This document shows, one piece after another, positions 1 to 7,057 of a stretch of DNA of 15,780 nt. A program made the position numbers and the translations under genes. Every line of letters starts with the position of its first letter. The first letter of the stretch is position 1. The notes beneath the pieces were generated by a model. The model was not told the origin of the DNA. It did not search any database and saw nothing but the letters and a program-made list of their open reading frames with translations. The DNA comes from Oligoflexus sp. (GTDB lineage Bacteria; Bdellovibrionota_B; Oligoflexia; Oligoflexales; Oligoflexaceae), in contig JBGSTX010000249.1 of the NCBI GenBank assembly GCA_041736305.1, positions 1 through 15,780 on the forward strand, given 5' to 3'.

Positions 1-356
1 TAAAAGTACCCAGACACTCGGGGTGCTTAAACACTTACAGGCGACTTCCTATATGTGCTAACGGCAATTGGTGGCTCGTCTTGAGAGATATTTAAGTAAG
101 AAGAATCGCCCTGCAATCCAAGTGCTTTGCAAGTCTCTCCGAGGATTACAGGCGGGTTCCCAGAAACCCGGACGAAGCATCTGGAAAATTTAGGCCAAAT
201 GCTGCAAGGCAAATTCTGTTCGCAAGAAATATTTGGTCTTTTTGCAAATTTGCTTCCTTGGATAACTCTCAAGGACAGCCCCTCTTCGTCTTTCGACTAG
301 CCGATCCAAGTAGCGATGCTCTATCCTATAGGGAAGTTCAAAAGAAGGAGGAAACC

Positions 357-3300
357 GTGGTTACCCACAAAAAGCGGGTCTTTTTTATCATTTGCCTTTT
401 GCTCAGCATAGGCATCTCTTTCGGGTATTTCTCCCGCTATCCGGACCTGAATCACAAGGCTTTGATGGCCGAAAAAGCTACCGTTGCTGATACGATAGCG
501 ATGTGGCCTATCCTCAAGATCAAGGCCTACGACCCGACCTGGAAGAAGATCGCTTACACCACGATCAACTGGTGTAACGATAACAAAAAAGGAATGGCCT
601 TCGGTCTTATCATCGCTTCGCTACTAGCAGCGATGATGAATTACCTGAGGTTTCGACCGAGTTCCAGCCCTCTGCGTAATACCTTCTATGGCTTTATCCT
701 TGGAACCCCGCTCGGCATTTGCGTGAATTGCGCGGCTCCTGTTTTCAAGGGGATGCTTCAGAGCCGGCGCATAGAGATGGCACTGGCATTGATGTTCAGC
801 TCACCTACTCTCAACGTGGTCGTAGTGACAATGGCCTTTACCCTCTTGCCTCTTTACATGGCTGTCACCAAACTGGTTTTTAATCTTGTCGTTATCTTCA
901 CAATAGTCCCTTTCATGGCCAAGTATCTGGCCCACTGGCCCGTCAAAGATATCGCGAAATTGGAGGCCCTCACGCAGGCCGGCGAAGTTCGCAGTGATGA
1001 GCCAGTACTTGAGAGCTGGTGGCAGGCTCTCTCAGGCTTTGTTCGTGACTTTTTTCGCCAGTTCGGCCCGCTCTGTGTGCGTACAGTCCCGCTCATGCTT
1101 CTGGCTGGATTTTTGGGTGCTGCCCTGTCGCATACTTTGCCCCTCGACGTTCTCCGCGGTGCTCACGGACCTATCCCTTTCATACTCGCTGCAAGTGTTG
1201 GGCTCATCCTTCCGGTCCCTATGGCCTTTGACGTCGTCTTGACCAACGCGCTGTATACAGCTGGCCTACCTAGCTCTATCGCTATGGTTCTCCTTTTGAG
1301 TCTTGGCGTCTTCAGCCTCTACTCCTTCTTTATCGTCTGGCAAAGTGCTTCCCAGCGCTGGGCACTAAGCTTGGCCGCTTTGCTTCTTATCCTGATAGTA
1401 CCTTTGGGCCTCATGGCTCCTCAGCTCCATGAAACTTTCTATATGGCCCCCAATATTAAGACCTACCGTGAGCTGACTGAAGCGTCGAGGTCTCAAGTGA
1501 AAGACCCATTAGCGAGTACTCCTTCGCTGGCAGCCAAAGCTATCCCTCTCGCGACGTCTGCTCCGGTTTGGACGGCAGAAGACCCGATAACTCAGGGCCA
1601 GCTGCAGGCGACTCCGTACCGCTTCTTTCCAGCCAAGAAGGGGGCGACTCAGTTTGCCTTTCATGAAGGGCAGGAGCTGGGTCTAGTGCAAGGATTCCAG
1701 TATACGGTCCGAGACTATCCCGATCCCTTCTGGGTGGGGCGCGGAACTGCAGCCGGCGACTTCGATAGAGATGGGTGGCCAGACCTTGCCTTTGGCAGTG
1801 ATCAGGGAGTGCTGCTCTACCACAACATTGGTGGAACTTTCGAAAAAATGCCTGATGTCAGTGCAGAACTTAAAGACAAGCGAGTCTTCGCAGTCGCTTT
1901 TGTTGACCTGAACAACGACGGCTGGCTCGATCTTTTTGTCTCGACCTTCATGCACGGCAATCACTTCCTGCTCAACCTGGGTGGAACTTTCGAAAAGGAT
2001 CTGCGCCCCATACCCAACGGCAACGGCGTCTTGACAGTCGCTCCAGCCTTTGCTGATATCGATCGCGATGGATTTCTTGATGTCTTCAACGGCAACATGG
2101 CACTTGGCATCGCTACTGGTTTTCGTGCCTACGGCGAAGGCAGAAGCAATGGCATCAGCTATAGCAATCGCCTCAACTTCACCTATGAACCGACCATGGG
2201 CAAAGATGGTGAAACGATGGCGTCGATTTTGAGCGACATCAACGGGGATGGTTACATTGATCTTTACCAGAACAATGACTTTATCGTACCCGACCAGTTG
2301 AGCTTTGGGGGTCCTGGCAAAAGCTGGCAGCATCTATCGGGAAAATCTGTCGAACAGTTCGCGACACCCTTCTTCTCGATGTCGGTCGACACCGGTGATA
2401 TTGACAACGATCTACGACTTGACTTGCTCGTCACCGGCACCATTGCCGCGAAGCAAGACTTAGGCGATCAGACGATCGATGGCATGAAGCCGGAGGCTTA
2501 TAAGAAAGCCAAAGACTCTCTAAGCTACTGCGACAAAATCAAGAACCCGAGCTACAGAGAGTCCTGCATTCGCAACCGGAAGAGCGATCACTTCGTTCCC
2601 TTCAATCGTTTGAAGAGTCTGAATGTTAGCGACTGTCAAAAGCTTGAAGGCGAGACCGAGCGAGACGACTGCCTCCTCTCCATGATGTGGATGATCGTAA
2701 CGAACAACGATGATGGAGTCGCCTGTAGTGAGCGCTACAGCTTTGATCCGAAGATTATGCAGGTATGCAAGCTGATGCGAGCCGCGGGCCCCTATTTCGA
2801 AGTCAAGCAATTCGAAGGAGAAGCACCCCAGATCGATCGCGCTGTAATCTACAAGTCCACCTCTGACGGAGGCTTGACGAGGGTTCCTGCCGAGGATTTT
2901 GAACATCCAGGTGGATGGACCTGGTCATCGAAGTTTGCCGATATCGATAACGATGGCTGGCTCGACATCATCAATGCGGAAGGAGCCGTGCGCAAGGGTG
3001 AGTGGGGCTTCAACGTCTACATGCACAACGAGGGAGACGGAAAGTTTGTTCAGAAGCAGTTCAGCTCAGGCTTCCAAAATGACTTTAATCTCTTTTCGGC
3101 AGTTCTGATCGACTACGATCGTGATGGCGACCTCGATGTCATCGGCAATGGCTCGGAAGGCCCGATTCAGATCTACGAAAACCAATCTCCTACTGCCAAC
3201 AACAGCATCGCGTTTAGCCTGAAGTTGCCAAAGGGAAACCAGTTAGGAGTTGGAGCTAAAATCCTAATCCGCGACAACAAAGGCCGCCGTCAGCTCCGCG

Positions 3301-3482
3301 AAATCAAGGCAAGCGGTGGCTATATGAGCTTTGATGCACCTGAAGCCTATTTTGGACTCGCCGATGCTGATGTGATCGACGAGCTGACTGTGGTTTCTCC
3401 AGGAGGCAAAAAGCAGAGCTTTGCTGTCTCACTTGAGGCTGGAGCTCTCTACCAAATCGATCTGTCCGCAAGCGCTCCTTAA
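357..3482 (+). CDS. Fusion protein: N-terminal DUF318/ArsP-like multi-pass permease + FG-GAP/VCBS (CRTAC1-like) beta-propeller + C-terminal ASPIC/UnbV domain
   Basis: Uninterrupted ORF. Start moved from TTG 258 to in-frame GTG 357 because AAGGAGG (345-351) lies 5 nt upstream. N-terminal third has many hydrophobic segments with GTPLGICVNCAAPV and FSSPTLN, resembling DUF318/ArsP permeases. Seven DxDxDG-type motifs (DFDRDGWPD, DLNNDGWLD, DIDRDGFLD, DINGDGYID, DIDNDLRLD, DIDNDGWLD, DYDRDGDLD). C-terminal GNQLGVGAKI...QLREIKASGGYMS...AYFGL matches the ASPIC/UnbV pattern. Confidence 0.85.
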   Translation: MVTHKKRVFFIICLLLSIGISFGYFSRYPDLNHKALMAEKATVADTIAMWPILKIKAYDPTWKKIAYTTINWCNDNKKGMAFGLIIASLLAAMMNYLRFRPSSSPLRNTFYGFILGTPLGICVNCAAPVFKGMLQSRRIEMALALMFSSPTLNVVVVTMAFTLLPLYMAVTKLVFNLVVIFTIVPFMAKYLAHWPVKDIAKLEALTQAGEVRSDEPVLESWWQALSGFVRDFFRQFGPLCVRTVPLMLLAGFLGAALSHTLPLDVLRGAHGPIPFILAASVGLILPVPMAFDVVLTNALYTAGLPSSIAMVLLLSLGVFSLYSFFIVWQSASQRWALSLAALLLILIVPLGLMAPQLHETFYMAPNIKTYRELTEASRSQVKDPLASTPSLAAKAIPLATSAPVWTAEDPITQGQLQATPYRFFPAKKGATQFAFHEGQELGLVQGFQYTVRDYPDPFWVGRGTAAGDFDRDGWPDLAFGSDQGVLLYHNIGGTFEKMPDVSAELKDKRVFAVAFVDLNNDGWLDLFVSTFMHGNHFLLNLGGTFEKDLRPIPNGNGVLTVAPAFADIDRDGFLDVFNGNMALGIATGFRAYGEGRSNGISYSNRLNFTYEPTMGKDGETMASILSDINGDGYIDLYQNNDFIVPDQLSFGGPGKSWQHLSGKSVEQFATPFFSMSVDTGDIDNDLRLDLLVTGTIAAKQDLGDQTIDGMKPEAYKKAKDSLSYCDKIKNPSYRESCIRNRKSDHFVPFNRLKSLNVSDCQKLEGETERDDCLLSMMWMIVTNNDDGVACSERYSFDPKIMQVCKLMRAAGPYFEVKQFEGEAPQIDRAVIYKSTSDGGLTRVPAEDFEHPGGWTWSSKFADIDNDGWLDIINAEGAVRKGEWGFNVYMHNEGDGKFVQKQFSSGFQNDFNLFSAVLIDYDRDGDLDVIGNGSEGPIQIYENQSPTANNSIAFSLKLPKGNQLGVGAKILIRDNKGRRQLREIKASGGYMSFDAPEAYFGLADADVIDELTVVSPGGKKQSFAVSLEAGALYQIDLSASAP

Positions 3483-4906
3483 AAGACTATGGTGACGGCA
3501 GCTCCTGCCGTCACCTGCGTTTGTCGCGTAGGAAGCCGGATTAGCGCCTGCTGGAGCTCCGGACTCAACTGAGGATCCGTAGCCAACTGCTTGTAGGACT
3601 CAGGAATCTTAAAACAAAGCTCGCCATACTCACCCACGCAACGGCTCACATAAAGCTCTACGGTAGCCGCATCCATCAGTTCCCACGTTCCGGTCAGCCG
3701 CACGATTCCGCTCTGATCGCTCAGATTATCGATCGCATTCAAGTAAAAAGAGGTTTCGTTCCAACTGCCAGGACTCGGCAGCAGCAGGAACAAGCCCGCA
3801 TAGCGTCGTCCTGCGTAGAGCGCAGGGCTCTGCCCCAATATGAGAGAGTAGAGCTCGAGATCGCGCTGCTCATATCCTGGCTCGTTCCAGAAGTATTCTG
3901 CTCCCCAGGTGATGCTGTCGTCATCCGAGTACTGATAGCTCTGCCTGATCCCCCCCAGAACCTGATTATACCAACGATCTCTTGACTGAAAGGCAGTGGG
4001 CAACTCCCGCGTGCTGACGTCGATAGCCCCTTTGTAGAAAGTACGGGATAGCTTGCGCGAGCTCGACCCTTCTAGATTTACATCGAAGGGTCCCAGAGCA
4101 CTGGAAATGTCGACTCCCAAACGCTGCGGTCGATTTTTGCCCATTTGCGCACTCAATGCCAGTTCGGCTGATGATCCGACGCTGAATTCGCCGCGAAGAG
4201 CCAAGGCTAAGTCGTCATTCCTCTGCATATCGTCGAACTGGAAGACGGCATAGTAATTGTGTCCCTCTTTTTCCTGCGGGAAATGAATTTTCAAGAGCTC
4301 TTGTCCCAGGCGCCGATCGAAGAGTGCGAAGGGGTCTCTCACCTCGCGAGCCGTGAAATCGGTAGGGTTCCAGAGGCGGCCACTGCCCCACTTCAAGTGC
4401 TGCTTGCCGTAGGTAAAGAACCAGCGATCGTTTAAATCCCACTTAAACCAAAGCTCGTCTATCTTACTTGCCACACAAGAACTACAGCCCGCCGGGGCTG
4501 GCACACTGCTCGGAGCATTGGCGGCTTGAGTCGGCTGCGTAGTCTCTTCAAAGCGTGTCCTTAGAAAGACGCGGAGATCCTTGTTAGGTCGGGTATCAAA
4601 GTAGAGATCAGCCGTTTTTACTTGCTGGTAGGCGGCCCTCTGAAAGAGTTGCTGCTCGAGCTGTGCACTCGCACTGCGCACTTCGAGTCGACCGCCGATC
4701 TGCAGGGAATCGCTGAGACCTTGGCTTCGGCCATCGGTAGGAGCTTCGGTTTTGGCTTCGGCTTCAGACAGCTTCTTAGGAGTGTCAGCTGGAGCGGCTG
4801 GCTTACTCTCTTCCCCGCCGAAGATTTCATCGTCCCTCTGATCCTGAGCTACAGCAGCCGCGCTCCAAGAAAGCCCTAGAGCCACGCATAGAAGTTTCTG
4901 CAACAC
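3479..4906 (-). CDS. Exported hypothetical protein, probable outer-membrane beta-barrel; last gene of the ABC/LolA-like operon
   Basis: 475-aa ORF, GTG start with GGGGG upstream; Sec signal peptide (KLLCVALGLSWSAAAVA-Q); acidic/Pro-rich N-terminal tail; aromatic-rich amphipathic strands (DELWFKW, TYGKQHLKWGSGRLWNPTD); ends in Phe (AAVTIVF), consistent with a BAM beta-signal. Confidence 0.7.
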   Translation of the reverse strand: MLQKLLCVALGLSWSAAAVAQDQRDDEIFGGEESKPAAPADTPKKLSEAEAKTEAPTDGRSQGLSDSLQIGGRLEVRSASAQLEQQLFQRAAYQQVKTADLYFDTRPNKDLRVFLRTRFEETTQPTQAANAPSSVPAPAGCSSCVASKIDELWFKWDLNDRWFFTYGKQHLKWGSGRLWNPTDFTAREVRDPFALFDRRLGQELLKIHFPQEKEGHNYYAVFQFDDMQRNDDLALALRGEFSVGSSAELALSAQMGKNRPQRLGVDISSALGPFDVNLEGSSSRKLSRTFYKGAIDVSTRELPTAFQSRDRWYNQVLGGIRQSYQYSDDDSITWGAEYFWNEPGYEQRDLELYSLILGQSPALYAGRRYAGLFLLLPSPGSWNETSFYLNAIDNLSDQSGIVRLTGTWELMDAATVELYVSRCVGEYGELCFKIPESYKQLATDPQLSPELQQALIRLPTRQTQVTAGAAVTIVF

Positions 4907-4922
4907 CGACTTGCCCCCGCTT

Positions 4923-5711
4923 TTATTTGCTCTGTGTCTCTAGCCAGGCCTTGGTGAACATATTGGCCTCAAGAGGATCGAGCTTGACCTCACGGAGGAC
5001 CACTGTGGTTCCTGAACCTTTTTCGACTTCGTCGAAGACCCGGATTTCCTTAGGCACGTAAACATCGGCATTTTTTGATTTACTGAACATTTTATCCCAA
5101 CTCGGATAATAGATAGTCCTCAGCAGCTTGCCGGAAAGAGCCAGCTCCTGCCGCTTGAGAACATTCTTACTTTCCTGATCGACCCACAGCTCCAGAATGG
5201 GACTCGCTACCTCGGCACTGGGCTTAGCCGTCATCTTCAGGCGATGAACCGCAAACTTGCCGAGCTTTTCATCCGCGACGAAAGTCCCGTCGTATTCTTC
5301 GGCTAAGCGAGACTCGTCAAAGTCATCGCGGCGACTGTTGGTCCCCCCTATGCTCGCCCTTTCCGTTTGCCGTTCCCACTTGCCGAGCGAAGGTTCGTAG
5401 AGAAAAAGGTTTTTTTCTACTCGCAGATAGCCCTTGCCGGCCTCAGCTTTAGGTTTAGTGAATAAAATCATCCATTTATCATCTGCGTCCCGACGATAGA
5501 CCCTGGCTTCGAACGCCTTGGTGCTACCGTCTTTTTCCTTCTGGTCGATAAATACGGTCGAAGCGTAATCGCCCATATTCCGCTGCCGCTCATCGACGAG
5601 CTTGATGAGCTCCTGAGTCTGCTTCGCATCGAGGGCGAGCAGTTGGCCACCGCTGAAGACGGATAGGAGGCTGAGACTATGAAAAAGCAATCTGCGCATA
5701 GGGAACTCCAT
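4923..5711 (-). CDS. LolA-like periplasmic 'outer membrane lipoprotein-sorting' family protein
   Basis: Signal peptide, then ILFTKPKAEAGKGYL, NLFLYEPSL, SIGGTNSRRDDF, LELWVD, SGKLLRTIYY, MFTKAWL, the pattern of the LolA-like family found next to LolCDE-like ABC genes. ATG 5711 overlaps the upstream stop (TAATG); ATG 5699 with a GGAG RBS is an equally plausible start. Confidence 0.85.
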   Translation of the reverse strand: MEFPMRRLLFHSLSLLSVFSGGQLLALDAKQTQELIKLVDERQRNMGDYASTVFIDQKEKDGSTKAFEARVYRRDADDKWMILFTKPKAEAGKGYLRVEKNLFLYEPSLGKWERQTERASIGGTNSRRDDFDESRLAEEYDGTFVADEKLGKFAVHRLKMTAKPSAEVASPILELWVDQESKNVLKRQELALSGKLLRTIYYPSWDKMFSKSKNADVYVPKEIRVFDEVEKGSGTTVVLREVKLDPLEANMFTKAWLETQSK

Positions 5712-7054
5712 TACTTGCCTTGCATGAGAGCTTCGACCGGCCGCAGCTTGGAGGCCTTGAGAGCTGGGTAAAGAGCCGCTAGGCCCGTGATGAATCCAAA
5801 CAAGAGCAGCGTGCTAATAAACTGCCCGGCATGCAAGGAAAAATATAGATTGTTGGACATCAAAAACAGACGGGCACCTTCGTTCGTGATTGGCACTTCA
5901 AGCCCATTGAGAATGCTGAGCGTAATTCCCACCAGAACTATGCCGAGAAGCGAGGCGAAGAGGCCGAGCATCACCGCTTCCGTCAAAAAGAGCTGGATTA
6001 CAAAGCCCTTCTGCGCACCGATGGCCCGCATGGTGCCAATCTCTTTCGTTCGTTCACGAACGCTCATCCACATTGCATTCATGATGCCGCCAATGATGAT
6101 GATAGAGAGTACGCCGACCACGAAGAAGGAGACCAGATCGAGAGCAGCTGTCACCCATATGACAAAAGATATTTCGTCGCTCCAAAGCGTCAGATCCAAT
6201 TTTTGCCCTAGCCAATCTTCGCCCGCAATTTTATCGAACTTCAAGAAGAAGGGATTTGGATCATGATCGAGCACCTGATAGCCCTTCGTCTTAAACGACT
6301 CTCGCAGACGGTTCATTACCGTTTCAGCTTGATCCTGAGACGGCAGATAAACCATAACGACTCCGGTAGTGTCGTCTGATACGCGGTTGAGATCGAGCAC
6401 GTTCTGCCGAGGCATGAAAATGCTCCAGTTACTCATAAACCCGATGTCGGATGCAATAGCAGCGATGCGCAGATCTGCAGTATTCGACTGAGTCCGGCTG
6501 GCCTCTGTTACGAAGGTGAGAGTATCGCCGACCCCGACTTCGAGCTTTTTAGCCTGGGCCGCAAAAATAAGCACATTATTGGGCTGCTTGAGATCATCAA
6601 AATTGCCGACGGCTTGCTGGCTGCCGTCTTTCTTATATTCGCTTTCTTTGGCGAGGCGAAGCGAGCGGAAGAAACGCTCTTCCTCATCAAAAATAATGCC
6701 GTTCACCCCGACATTGATTGATGAAGCAGGGCTGATGAGACGCCCCCAGCCGCGGTGACGATCGATAATGCTCACCGCCTCCGGCACTTCTTTGCGGACA
6801 AAAGCTCGCAGTTCTTCCCTACCGACCAAAACGGGTGCCGAAGCTTTTTTGCTCGATTTGAAGAAGCCGCCGATGTTCACATGCCCGGCAGAGAGCGTTG
6901 TCGCCGATTCGATCATGCGCTCTGAAACGGATGCCGAGACTGAGCGCAGGACCAGGAAGAGACTGGCGACAATTGTCACCGCCAGGCCGAGGAGTATCGT
7001 TCGCCGTTTGGCCTGCAATAGATTGCGAAAAGCTATGTTCAGTATCGTAAGCAT
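5711..7054 (-). CDS. ABC transporter permease, FtsX/MacB/LolC-E family
   Basis: N-terminal IAFRNLLQAKRRTILL plus one TM, periplasmic domain, then MSVRERTKEIGTMRAIGA and three C-terminal TMs ending YPALKASKLRPVEAL. Confidence 0.93.
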   Translation of the reverse strand: MLTILNIAFRNLLQAKRRTILLGLAVTIVASLFLVLRSVSASVSERMIESATTLSAGHVNIGGFFKSSKKASAPVLVGREELRAFVRKEVPEAVSIIDRHRGWGRLISPASSINVGVNGIIFDEEERFFRSLRLAKESEYKKDGSQQAVGNFDDLKQPNNVLIFAAQAKKLEVGVGDTLTFVTEASRTQSNTADLRIAAIASDIGFMSNWSIFMPRQNVLDLNRVSDDTTGVVMVYLPSQDQAETVMNRLRESFKTKGYQVLDHDPNPFFLKFDKIAGEDWLGQKLDLTLWSDEISFVIWVTAALDLVSFFVVGVLSIIIIGGIMNAMWMSVRERTKEIGTMRAIGAQKGFVIQLFLTEAVMLGLFASLLGIVLVGITLSILNGLEVPITNEGARLFLMSNNLYFSLHAGQFISTLLLFGFITGLAALYPALKASKLRPVEALMQGK

Positions 7055-7057
7055 CCC

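Noticed and set aside
205-253. Resemblance to a c-di-GMP-I (GEMM) riboswitch (GGCAAA...ttcGCAAgaa...GCAAA)
   Set aside because: The tetraloop stem is only 3 bp, and the expected ACGCAAAG and following stem are missing.
27-272. 81-aa minus-strand ORF
   Set aside because: No recognisable motif, weak start, and it lies in a hairpin-rich intergenic region; cannot be supported as a gene.
258-356. N-terminal extension of the fusion ORF from TTG 258
   Set aside because: No SD at 258; a strong AAGGAGG precedes in-frame GTG 357.
1683-2906. Antisense ORFs 1683-2333 (216 aa) and 2520-2906 (128 aa)
   Set aside because: Shadow ORFs opposite a well-supported gene; no motifs.
1683-3482. Enediyne biosynthetic cluster implied by the UnbV-like domain
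   Set aside because: No PKS, thioesterase or other enediyne cassette genes in the window.
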